A DNA stretch of 64,000 nucleotides, taken from the NCBI RefSeq assembly GCF_963853765.1, contig NC_088858.1, positions 45,694,001-45,758,000 of the forward strand. Direction: 5' to 3'. A program made the position numbers and the translations under genes. Source of the DNA: Magallana gigas (Eukaryota). Below the pieces are notes generated by a model. It made no database searches. It had not been told where the DNA came from and saw only the letters and a program-made list of their open reading frames with translations. Positions 35,294 through 47,248 of the stretch are shown one piece after another. Each line of letters begins with the position of its first letter. Position 1 is the stretch's first letter.

Positions 35294-38200
35294 ATGAACA
35301 TTAACTTTGGCCTCCGACATTTGCTTCTTTGGCAGACTTACCATTTCTGTAATTGGATTTCTGCTGTTCCATTAGAAAAGCCAACAATTCCTTCCAATTC
35401 ACTTGAGAATTCTTCAGAGACCAAAGGTGATTTATTCACTGACAAACACATCGAGAAACCCGCTACCATAAACGGAAATTATTCCGCGGTAGTAACTATT
35501 ACCACTCTCAAAACGTTCAGCTTACCCATTCAAGCAAATGATGCGAAGCAAACACCCAAGCTTTCTAATGAGCTATCAACAACTGAATGGCCCGCAAATC
35601 ATTCAAACATTGACTTTAAGGATAATGGAAATAAAAGCGCATTCTTGAAAAACCAACATGGAACTTCAAAAGAGCATAATTTGCGGTTGTCGAATAAATC
35701 ACCCGAGGACAAATTCGTGGAGCGAATGGTTCGCGATAAAAGGTCAACGACGGAGGTTTATAATGAATTAGACCTGTTTCAGACCAATAAATCGGAAAAT
35801 GCAACTTTGATTTTAACAGATAATTCAACAATGGAAAACAATACAATGATATATGGAAATGAAACTAACCACAATTTGAGCTCCTCCATAGAAGCTACAA
35901 ACATTGCAAATATCACGGAGCATACGAATTTTACAACACCAGAAATGACGTATTCACAGACAACAAATGCAAACACACAACCAGCTACCAAAGATGACGT
36001 CATTACAGTGTCAACGACATTATCTCCACAAACACAAGAGCAGACAACTCATGAGTATCGAGTGCTTCATCATTTTACGGGGTTTGCCCAAAACGTCCCA
36101 GTTCGTTCCCAGTACCCTCATCACAACCACCACCACCTTAATCTTGGTACGTGCCTTCATTACAAGGGCTGGGTGGTCGTCGTCCGTCGTCATTTTCAGA
36201 GTGTATCAATCTCCTTTAGAATGGGAGTTATAGGAAAACTTTAATTCTGAAGCTTAAATGTTATTTTTCTATATTAAATAATAGTGTATGGCCAAAAAAA
36301 TCACCATTTCCTAGAAATTTTGGGTAGATCTAATTTGTAATTTGTTGACCATCCAGCCTCCCTATCATATAGATATATTTGCTACATATACACATCACTT
36401 CAGCAAACTTTGTCGGTGCCTGGTGTTACCAATACTATGTTTTTTACGCGAGAAAAGATAAGCTATTGAACCTTTTTTTTAATCAAACTATTGCACATGA
36501 CAGAGCATCCAATTTGTCCGGATAATTCCTCCAACGGTTTTCAAGATAAAAACTTTTTTATTTTGCAGTTCGATTGTTCATATCTTCAAGATGTGTATGT
36601 CACTTGTATTTTGGTTTTGTGAATTTAGGAGAAAAATCCAGCTACTGAAAACTTCATAGTATTGCACACAGGGTGGATCGTGGTCCGTATAACTTCTCTT
36701 GCAGTTTTCAAGATATGGAGTTATTTTCAGTTCATTTATATAGATATGCACAATGGAAATAATCATCATAATTAATATTTTTTATATTATGAAAAAATAC
36801 TAAACCTAAATTGTGACCATGTTTATTTCGATTTGGAATCGACCTAAGGTAGTGTACATAAATTCAGGCTCGCTTACAAAAGAAAACCCGGTTTGCTGTC
36901 TTATTGCCAGCTTTCCTTTTTTAGTCACACAAATAGAATTTTACTTTATCAAAATTAATAATATTGGTAATTTTTAAAATTTGAAAATAAAAACGCTCTG
37001 TAAATATCAAACGTTTCCTCTAACAATCAATGCAAAAATATGTCAATAGGTCTTTGGTCAAATTGAGAAAGAAAATTATTTGGTCCACTCCTTTGAATGT
37101 ATTTTACAATTAAGTCACTCTGTTCATTTCATATAATTACAACTCAACGAAATATTGATTTCAACGCTATTGCTATTAGTATAGTTGTAAGATTTCAGGC
37201 ACAATGATTTTAATTTCTTGGCACCAAATTTCGCAATAAAATATCTAACTATATGGTATCTACTTGGAAGTTATGGTAGCACTGTATATATGAAACAGTA
37301 AACCTTGGCTGATTTGGTTGAGTTTTACAACCAAAAGAGATATCATTACCAAACTGACACATAAACAGTCACCAGCTCTCCATCATTCCATTGAGAAATT
37401 ATGTGATTGGTGATAAAATACAGAAAGCATAGCTGTTGACATCCGCAGCACATTTCATAATTGTGATCGATACTTGTTATGCTATTTTACACCACTCTAA
37501 TGATAAGTGGCCGGTGTTTGTTGAGGGAAATTCCATCCCCAGTGCAGCAACACCGTCAGATCACGCCGGTGTGATGATATATTAGTTCTGTTGGCTCGTA
37601 AGTGAGTGAAAGGTGGTTAAAAGTTGAATAAAGGTTTTGAAGGTATTACCAAAACATTCTTAGGTTTGATACGTTAATGCTACAAAGGTCTTTATTATGC
37701 CATAAAACGTGTTGTTAAAATGCATTTTTGACTAAGTCTTTAAGATAAAATTGGTCTTTTTTGTCGATACGAAATTGGGAAATGTTTCCCTGGCCTGTTA
37801 TAAATGAGTTCCTGACATATGGATGACTCGACATGCAATTTGATTTGCTATCTGGCGACCGTGGGGAATACAAAACCGGTTCTATGATGGATAAGAAATC
37901 GGCGTTCTTTGGTCTCTTACTGGAAATAAATGAGACGATTCCACTGCAAAGTTCAGTTAATTCGTCTGTTCTTGATTCTCAAAAAAAAAATAATTATAAA
38001 TTACTTTTTGGAAATGGCACATCTCTGCTATAACCAAGAGCTGTCTAATGTATGTTTCCAGACTCGCTTTGAACTGAAGAAATCGCGAGAAGGTTCTTTT
38101 TGTGGATATCCACACATACTAAACGATAAAAACAGTTAATTTATCAATTCTTCAATTTTCAGTTCCTATGGAAGACAGTCCATTTGGAAATTTGTTATGG

Positions 38201-39591
38201 AAGGTAATACCAACTGTTTGCATTAATATAAGAGTATAATTTTTCATTTCAATTGTATTTTTAGAAAATTAATTGTAACAAATTACAGAAGACAGTATAA
38301 CAAACTGGTTTAAATTAGATAGGCTGTCTTTTTAAGTAACAGTCTCGTATATGATTTCTTTAAATCACATTAAGGTGGAATAACACACCCGGAAAAGGTC
38401 AATCAAATTAACAGTTAATTATTTGATTATGAAAGATATAATGATAAATAAACTGTACATATGTCAAATAAGCCAAAATTGCAGTTTGGAGATAAAAAAT
38501 GAACATCTAAAAAATTCAATTCAATAAGTAACAACAAAAGCCCCTGCGGGATTCGAACTCGGGATATAGAGATCACAAGCCCAACACTTTATCCACTCGG
38601 CTTTGGAGTTAGTTACATGTTGCCATCGATAAAACCTTTTAATTGATAAAACGAAATGTTTCGATCAGAGGTAAACCATTTTGTGATGATGTGCTATTCC
38701 ACCTTAATAGTAAAACTAAAGACCAGATTCAACTGATTTTAAATTATTGACGTCTCAGTACTAATCCATGTGGTTATGTGTGCAGGATAAAAAGTATCTG
38801 ATCAGTATCTTGGTACCAATTAGCATTGGGATCGTTGGAGCTGGCTGTATTATAGGAATGGCCTACATGGCTCGCTTCTGCTATAGGAACGAGAGACAGA
38901 TCCAGATAATGAAGGAAAGAGTCACACAGGTAAATAAACGTGTATTACTGAAAGTAACGACTGTACATGTCAGGTGAATGTACTTTGAACTAGAAATGAA
39001 AAAAAAAATATAAAGGCAGACATCAATCAATGTAGAAATTAACCAAATTGGAAATAAAAATGGTGGGAGGTATGCACTTGTTACAGGGAAAGCACACATA
39101 CATAACAACATAACAATGAGTGAAGAATATATATAGCCTAAGTAAAGATAATCATATTACTGTATCCAATCGACAAATGCAAGAAAAAGGAACATGAAAA
39201 TTTGGAACACTTGGCGAAAAAAAATTCTCAAATTGGGAAGGTTAAATTTCTACGGCACACGTCACTTAACAACAAATGATTTGGTATATATAGATATACC
39301 TGAAAAGTCTTCATTATACACTTTTTTACATTTAATGTTTTTATGAATTCACTTTAAAAATCAAATAGATGCATTTATTTTCTATTCAAGAATAGAAAGA
39401 TCCAGTTGTAGGAAATAACAGTTGGGTAAAAAGTTTGCCTTTTTAAAAACGTTTTGATGCGAAATATACGGTTTATGATTATTGTCTAGTTTGGCTTGTC
39501 AATAAATTTTTCTTTTACTGTTTTTTAACAGCCCCAAGAAACGAACACTGATAACATCGTGCTCTTGGATGACTCCGACGACGAGTTCTAG
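35294..39591 (+). CDS. Uncharacterised ~365-aa type I membrane glycoprotein (Ser/Thr/Asn-rich mucin-like ectodomain, one TM helix, short acidic tail)
   Basis: Exons 35294-36146, 38163-38203, 38786-38929 and 39532-39591 join in phase (1098 nt). Putative N-terminal signal peptide, at least 12 N-x-S/T sequons, RDKR site, TM YLISILVPISIGIVGAGCIIGMAYMA, tail ending NIVLLDDSDDEF*. Confidence 0.8.
38374..38703. mobile_element. Kolobok-like MITE (330 bp) with an internal antisense tRNA-like cassette
   Basis: TTAA-GGTGGAATAACAC ... GTGCTATTCCACC-TTAA; minus-strand AGCCGAGTGG ... GAGTTCGAATCCC ... TTTT at 38536-38602. Confidence 0.8.
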
Positions 39592-40140
39592 ATCAACATC
39601 TAATTCAATAGTCATGCCCGGTTTTTGCTTGACATGATAACTAACTGTGCTTCTTCCAAGGAACTTTGATTATTTGTTGAATGTGCTTCAGGCACCGGGT
39701 GGCGATTAATTGGAGAACAGACAGTTGTAAATAGAAAGACAGCCGACAACAAAAAATTGTTTTGTAATATCAAAAAAGGAAAACGTAATCATTGTGTTTG
39801 TCCGTTGAGTGAAACATTTCTTTTATTCATCTGAATATAAATTCATAACGTTTGTTCCATCGCATGCTAAGAATAAATCGACGTAAAGTGTGCTGTATTT
39901 AATTGTTTGTAACAAATCAGTGTTATTTCTCTTTTTTCTTATATATCAAAATACATGTAATTTACCGAGATAATTTACTACGTTTACAAAGTAATACAAG
40001 TCATCATCATATGACATAAATAAAGGAGGATCAGTCGAAAGGTCATCCATAATCTCCTTATAAACCAGCTATAAAGGCAAGTGTTTTACACTTTTGCGAT
40101 TCACGTGATATGTGATTGGCCGAATTTCATAATCAACTTT

Positions 40141-41645
40141 TTAGCTCACCTGAACCGAAGGTTCAAGTGAGCTTTTCTGATCACACGTTGTCCCTCGTCC
40201 GTCCGTCCGTCTGTAAACTTTTCACATTTTTAAATTCTTCTCTAAAACCACTGGGCCAAATTTAACCAAACATAGAAATACAATGGAAATATGTTTGAAA
40301 TTTTTCTTCTCAAGAACCACCGCACCAGAAATGCCAATATTTACACAAAAGTTTTGTTTATATAGTGAAGATTCTAAGTTGTAAAAATCGTGACCCTCGG
40401 GCCAAAACTGGGGCCCCAGGCGAGGTTCAAAGTTAACTTAAAAATACGTTGGAAAAATGTTTAAAAACTTTCCATTCAAGAACCATAGCACCAGGAATGC
40501 CAATACATGTATTTACACAAAAGCTTGTTTATATAGTGATATTCTAAATTGTGAAAATCGTGACCCTCGGGCCAAAACTGGGGCCCCAGATGGGGTTCAA
40601 AGTTTAACATAAAATTACGTTGGAAAAATAATCAAACATTTTCTTCTCAAGAACAACTGCACAAGAAATGCCAATATATACAAAAAAGCTTGTTTATATA
40701 ATGAAGATTCTAAATTGTATAAATCGTGACCCTCGGGCCAAAACTGGGGCCAAGGGCGGGGTTCAAAGTTTAACATAGGAAAATATTTTATTTTTTTTCT
40801 TTCAAGAACCACTGCACCAGAAATGTCAATATTTACACCAAAGCTTGTTGATATAGTGAATAGTCTTAATTGTAAAAATCGTGACCGTCGTACTAAAACT
40901 AAGGCCCCAGGCGGGGTTCGAAGTTTAACATAAAATTAACATTAACATTAACCTTAGATAATTAGGTGATTAGTTATGGTCTAACAATTATGAAAAACGT
41001 CAGTCAGCATGCGACGCAGTGGAAAATTGTATTTGAAGACAAGGTCGTTGTATCGACCATAGAACTTACCAAAAGATAACTTTAAACGAGACTGTTGATA
41101 GTCCTGTTTTATCAACTTGTTTGTCAATAGCTTGCCTCGCCTTCGAAGCTGTTCATACGAAGAGCATGCCCTTGCGTATCGAATTAACTGGGAGTAAAAA
41201 ACACCATATGTAGGTGATGAAGGTATATTGCTACATAAATAAGGAAAGTTGACTATAGAAAAATTGAAGTCATCGCGTTTATCATAAAGTTTTGTTGTTT
41301 GGTTACCATCAATGTCAATTTCCAGTCAAATATCCAAATATGAAACAGATGACACAGACTCTGTGGTATCTTTTATTTCAAGTTCACTCGGATATATATC
41401 GAGTCGACGTAAGTATGGAAATAACAATTGTAAATTGATATAACGTCGTCGATATACCTGAATGTTGAGTTGAAAGCATTTTTAAATAATGTAGATTCTA
41501 AATCAATAAAGCTGTGAACGCCAGACTAATACTGGTGCCCCAGAGAGGAGTTTAAAGTTTAAAATAGAAATAGCATATGCTTCGAAATAGAATGTTACAA
41601 GGAACTGTTGTTCAGGTGAGCAATGTGGCCCATGGGACTCTTGTT
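40141..41645 (+). mobile_element. Second Helentron-associated non-autonomous element (HINE) with ~170-bp central repeats, interrupted by a retroelement fragment
   Basis: 5' ttagctcacctgaaccgaaggttcaagtgagc, (GTCC)n, repeats containing gtgaccctcgggccaaaactggggcc at ~40391, 40561, 40727 and 40881, 3' tcaggtgagcaatgtggcccatgggactcttgtt. Confidence 0.85.
40953..41476 (-). mobile_element. 5'-truncated Penelope-like retroelement RT fragment (decayed)
   Basis: Minus-strand translation FNSTFRYIDDVISI...IY/(frameshift)PSELEIKDTTES..SYLDI*LEID..TKLYDKRDDFNFSIVNFPYLCSNIPSSPTYGVFYSQLIRYARACS...TDVFHNC*; includes the RT YIDD motif. Not in the supplied ORF track. Confidence 0.85.
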
Positions 41646-43574
41646 TAATAACCTTTGTGATTATCAAAAACAGGTCACATGTTTTAAAAAATAATACGAA
41701 TATATATTTAAACTGACTTTGAATTCCCAAAATGTTTTCTATTCACCAATGTATTAACGGACTATATGCGGCATTATGCATTTTCACACCATGATGAATT
41801 ATGAATTGAAATATTAACTGAATCCTGGAATCTTGAAGGGAAAAGGTAAAGGTTCAAATGACTATCTTTGTAAATGTTGCAATTTCTTCAAAACTTCAAA
41901 TGTTTAAAAAATCTTTATTTACAATTGGTCTATTTCATGTGTATATGATTTTATGTAATTAATTCCGGATGGGCAATTTTTCTATGTTTGGGTCCGGTAA
42001 AACTTAGTGTATTTTGTAACTTCCGCCCAGCTTCTCTGTGCACATGGTTTGACGAGAACGATAAACGAATTGTAACGTTTAGTGACTTGGTCAGGAGAAT
42101 AAGGTATTTTACAACAAGTTTAGTTTTTTTTTAAAAAGCTTACCGTCTTTAGAACAAACCTTAAACAGCAATTATATTTATCAAAGACAGTTTAATTCTT
42201 TTTATATAAATGTCACCTTCCTCTACATAGCATGGCGAGTGGAACATTTTATGTCATGTGTCGTTTAAGCCTGCGTGTCTAAAATTGAGAACTGCGTACC
42301 TGAGCTTGTAAGTTGAGATCGACTATAGGGTAAAAGAGATCTTAGGTAGAGTCGTAGACTCGAATTATTTTGATAAAATCAAAGTTTTACCACTGCATTT
42401 ATCTATCTATCTATTAGGCATACCGCATCATTTTTTAAAATTTTGTATGAATATTTGGATAAACAATGCTAAAAGAAAAACAATAATTTCAATAGATATT
42501 ATAAAATGTTATTTTCTCTAGTTGGACCTGAAAACCAAACGCTGAATTTCATTCATAGCAATTTGTATTGCTTTATCGTTTTCTCACTTTTTAAGATTTG
42601 AAATATACGAAATTTGCTAAGTCGTACATGAAAAAGATCATCAGAAAATATTCTCCCTTGCGTCGAACAGTATTTCAACCAATGAAATAAATGTAAATTT
42701 TCACATCATGTATTTTCTACCAATCACAAAGAAAAGGTATTGAACAAACCGGAGACTGTAAATTATTTCAACTCTTTATACCGTCTTCCAAGGAAGACGG
42801 TAATTATATGCATATGTATTTATGCCTACTTAAACGTTAACGTCCTTGATCTTGTTTATATACATATATTTAATGTAGACATAACAATTACTCTGTATTT
42901 AGAGCATTTACGTACAAGTATTGCTAGGTTGGATTTATACATAGCGCCATTTTGACCCATGCGTAGTGAAACGTTACTTTGATAATGATTGGTCCCTTAG
43001 TATTTTGTATTAATATTTCAATACTGTATTTTGATCAAATAGTTTTCATTTACTACCTAAATTGCTACTGGTGGAATTATTTGTTGCACCCTTAAAATTT
43101 TGTGTCATTAGTAACTAAGAGTTATTCCCTTTTGTACAATCAAGTAAGGTAAAGCGCCAGGTTTGTTTACATGTTTCGGTGAAATATCTACATAATATTT
43201 TCTTTGCTACCAGAAATGATTTTGATTATTTACTTACATTGATTAGTGAATGAAATTTATGTATGGTTGTTATGTAATTACTAATAAATGTTGTATTGTT
43301 TACAGTTCTTACGTTGAAGAACCAACAGTGAATACAATTCTTCACCAGTATTAAAGACTTGATTCATTTGGATGGCCAAGCCAGCTACAATCTTTTTAAA
43401 GATAAATTTGCTTTTTTGAAATAGCTGTTAATTATCCGTACCAATGTAAGACTTGTACAATGAGTGCAACATATGTGTGCTTTTATTTTGATTTATAATT
43501 ACAGGAAATTAACTATTCAAATATTATCTGTTTAATGATTTTAAACGTATGGTTTGAAAAATCTAACAAATCTG

Positions 43575-43576
<2 letters not shown>

Positions 43577-43650
<74 letters not shown>
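43577..43650. repeat. (AT)n microsatellite, ~37 units, 24 nt upstream of the TRIM-like ATG
   Basis: Perfect AT run. Confidence 0.97.
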
Positions 43651-43654
<4 letters not shown>

Positions 43655-43674
43655 CTGAAGGAATCTTAGCAACG

Positions 43675-45201
43675 ATGCACTGTGCTCAGACTGTAGTAGA
43701 GACATGTACCAAACATGGAGACTTGCTAGACATGTTCTGTGTGGATTGTGAGGAGAATATATGTATCACTTGTGTACAACAGAATCACAGATCCCATGAC
43801 TGGAACAGGAAGAATAAAATACTAGATCGTCTAAAGTCAGAGCTCGCAGACCAATGTCATCTTGTCCGACAAAAAGAAATTCCTTCGCTTCAAACAGAAA
43901 TCCAGAAAATCAAGAGACTAAAATCAGACAACGAAAAAGAATTTGCAGAAGAAATAGAGAAGATTTCATCACACACAGAAGCAGCTGTGATGAGTTTACA
44001 TAAACTATCAAAAGATTTAATACGACATTGTGAATTATTCAAATCAGTAAACGAAGAGAACCTCGAGGAAAAACAAAAGGAAATAGAAACTATTGTTTTT
44101 CAATTTGAATGTAGTTTGAAAGGCTTTGAAGAGGAAATCAAGACTTCCAACTTGTCTGAACTTCTTCAGATAAAAAAGAAAATGATCTCGATCCCTCATC
44201 CAAAAAATCTGAACAAAGAAGAGACCACTTTGCAACATATCAATTTCACAGCCGGTGAAATAAAAGAGAACCTTCTTCGGTCAATCCTAGGAAAAGTTGA
44301 TCAAACTTCCAGGTCAGTAACGGTCTCCAAACTATTGGATGCAAAAATAGGAATAAAAAGATTTAAGTATATTTCTCCGATCTCCCAAACTCATGCTTGG
44401 TGTAGGGAATTCGGGTCTTCAGAAAATGTTTTGATTGACATCACAAAAGGCTCGAAAGAAATGACCTGTTCATTTGGAGAGTACCAATCGGCTCCCATTC
44501 CTGAGGATATCATCACCCTAAAAAATGGCGACAATATCTATACATGGCATGCTGGTCACTGTGTGATGAAAATATCTCCTTCCAAACTCAAGGACGCTGA
44601 AACGGTTGATATTAAAGTGACAAAACTTGTAGATATTTCTCCCTTGTTTCCAGTTGGAATCTGCGCTTCCTCAGATAACCGTTTCCTTGTTTCTGCCATA
44701 GATACCCCAGCGATCAAGCGCGATAGTTTTACTAAAGATCAACCACAGAAAAGTGTCGTCATACTTTTAACAGAAAAGGGAAAGATTAAAAAGAAGTTTC
44801 AGTATCAAAATGACAACAAGACACCATTGTTTCTTTATCCTTACAGAATTGCAGAAAATACTAACGGTGACATTTGTGTCATTGATTTGTCAGGGACGAA
44901 TAATGGACACCTTGTTGTTCTTTCATCCTCTGGTCGGCTCAAATTTCAGTACAGAGGTACTGGTCCCAACCAGGCAGACTTTGATCCAAGGGGGATTTGC
45001 TGCGATTCCGCCGGTCATATATTGCTAGGCGACTGTAACAATAGGCGTGTGCATCTTCTGAATGAGAAGGGTAGTTTTCTGACTTATCTGATCAAAACGG
45101 ACGAAGAACTGTGGTCAATGTCTTTGTTTTCGACCACCTTGTGGATTGGTGGGGAAAACGGATTTGTTTACGTCTATCATTACCAATTAAATGACCCTTG
45201 A
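43675..45201 (+). CDS. TRIM-like protein, copy 1 (B-box2 + coiled coil + NHL/beta-propeller, no RING), 508 aa, intronless CDS
   Basis: B-box CTKH-x7-CVDC-x4-CITC-x4-HRSH; heptad-rich middle region; NHL-like LFLYPYRIAENTNGDICVID and [27 protein letters not shown]. Confidence 0.9.
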   Translation: MHCAQTVVETCTKHGDLLDMFCVDCEENICITCVQQNHRSHDWNRKNKILDRLKSELADQCHLVRQKEIPSLQTEIQKIKRLKSDNEKEFAEEIEKISSHTEAAVMSLHKLSKDLIRHCELFKSVNEENLEEKQKEIETIVFQFECSLKGFEEEIKTSNLSELLQIKKKMISIPHPKNLNKEETTLQHINFTAGEIKENLLRSILGKVDQTSRSVTVSKLLDAKIGIKRFKYISPISQTHAWCREFGSSENVLIDITKGSKEMTCSFGEYQSAPIPEDIITLKNGDNIYTWHAGHCVMKISPSKLKDAETVDIKVTKLVDISPLFPVGICASSDNRFLVSAIDTPAIKRDSFTKDQPQKSVVILLTEKGKIKKKFQYQNDNKTPLFLYPYRIAENTNGDICVIDLSGTNNGHLVVLSSSGRLKFQYRGTGPNQADFDPRGICCDSAGHILLGDCNNRRVHLLNEKGSFLTYLIKTDEELWSMSLFSTTLWIGGENGFVYVYHYQLNDP

Positions 45202-47248
45202 ACTAGGAAAGGAAACATATCCTATTAGATTGTGTCAAAGGGATATTATCTTAACCAAATAATTGCAAAATGCAATTACGTTTCTGTGGGGTTTTGGTGA
45301 TTATTACAGTTTCAAGAAAAAACGTAAATACGTGTGTATTATGTTTTAAGAAATTACACCTTATTGATTATTAAATTTCGTGGATCAAGCCAATATCGAA
45401 ATCAACAAAAACTGTTAGTCAACGAGTATTTATGAAACAGTTGTTCCTTTCCGCATGAAAAATAAATTAAATCTTCGAGACCTTAAGGAAAACACCAACC
45501 GTAATCCAAACATCAAACAACATGTGATGTTACCGCTTTTTAACATGCAGGATACAATTGTTTGAAACAAAACAATGTTGTACACGGTTATCAACCCAGA
45601 AAGACTGTGAAATGCTACTAAGTTTTCTGCTGTAATTAAGATATTTGAACCAAGAAATGGCACCTGGAGTAGATTGGACATGGTTACTTATAGTGTCACT
45701 TAATGTTAGCTTCATAAACGAATCAAGTAGTGACTCCCCAGATATATTTTTTTTTACAAAGGATTCGTTTGACTCCCTAGATATATTCTTTTACAAAGGA
45801 TTCGTTCTGTCCATTATTTTAATTTTCAAGATCCCTAATGACATTTTCAACATAAAATATGTGCCTGTACACTAATGCTGTTCTTTGAATTTGTCTTCAA
45901 CAATAATATAATTTTCATACCCTGTATATTAATACTATATCTTCGTTAAAATCATTTGATCTTGATTATAATTGTCAATGCCCCAAAATCTGGTATTTTG
46001 ATATACATTTTTTTTCAACTATAAATGCCATACTCTGTCAACCACTTTTCATTAATGTATGTGTTCAGTAACAGTTAAAGTTGTATTTAGTGATCGATGC
46101 TGGGAAAGTGTAGCTTAAATAATCAAGTTTTGCCGTAGTGTATCTCTCATATGTGAAAAGTTTAACGTCCAGTTTCCCATTGTGCAAGTCTCGAGTTTAT
46201 TTTTCGAGTACTGCGACAATTGGTACTAGAAACTCTTCATTCATGTGGTGCCTTACATGTAATTTGCAAATAGGTGTACAAGTGTAGTGTGTTTATTTTT
46301 CTTCTAGATCTTGTTGACACATATTTCAAGTATAGGATTATGCATTTTTACTAAACAAAAACCATTTATTTTATAAAACTTCTTCATACCTTATTTTGAC
46401 ATTTTCTATTTTTGTAATTTTTGGGCACTTTTATCAATCCTCTAAAATCATTTTTATGTAAAATCAAATTATACCTACTGTCAATCATACATAAATGTAT
46501 TTTGCATATATGCCTATGATTTATACTGGTGGAAATGTATAATCTTTCAACAATTGTTTCACCTGTGTCTATTTGATAAACAGCAATATGACTGAATAAA
46601 TCGAATAAAGTTAAAGTGAGCATATTTTCCTTTTATTTTCAAATTGTCAATACTAGAGGATAAAAACAATAACATTGAAAAAACACATCTTGATATTAAG
46701 CAAATAAAAAAGTTTATACAATTGAGCAGACCAACGTTAAAACATGGAAAGATTGCATAAAATGATTTGAAATACAAACATATGAACTTCGACTTTAATA
46801 AATCTTATAATAGATATACAATAACAATAAACAAATTATACAATACATATGGCACAAATATAGATTAGGGAATGTACATTAAAAAATCGTGGTCATCTAG
46901 ATTGTGGATGCCTTCACTTCTAAAAATAATAAGCTGAATTCATTAACGCTCTTACAGATAGAATCACATATTTACAGTCTTATAAAACATGCTTATGTAC
47001 ATATGAATAAACATGTGATTAGATCACAATGTTTGTTGATTTTTCGAAAAATATCAAAAATATATCCTACACATCTACATTCTATTCAAATGTTCATAAA
47101 TGGAATGTCAGCTGCCAATAACAGGACTTTCTGGACATTTTAACTCTCTTGAAAATTAAGAGTGACAATAAGGGTTTGTGTCAAATAAAATCACTATGTC
47201 CAGAGATCAAAGTCTCAGTTACTTTATGTCCAGAGAACAAAATCTCAG

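Noticed and set aside
36147-36244. Extension of the 316-aa ORF to the stop at 36244 as a secreted protein
   Set aside because: A good donor (CTTG|GTACGT) at 36146 links in phase to downstream exons encoding the TM helix and tail. The extension is probably intronic read-through, although a soluble isoform cannot be excluded.
37525-37534. Perfect NF-kB-like site GGGAAATTCC in an intron of the membrane-protein gene
   Set aside because: A single 10-mer match in 64 kb is compatible with chance, and there is no conservation or functional data.
38536-38602. tRNA genes (also 5046-5103 and 19403-19480)
   Set aside because: A/B boxes are present but acceptor and anticodon stems do not pair properly, and at least two of the three lie inside TIR elements. 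Treated as tRNA-derived cassettes.
41340-41365. In-frame TGA in the Penelope-like RT as possible selenocysteine recoding (reported for some Naiad elements)
   Set aside because: The TGA falls in YLDI*LEID, where a hydrophobic residue rather than Cys is expected, and the fragment is truncated and frameshifted. Simple decay is more likely.
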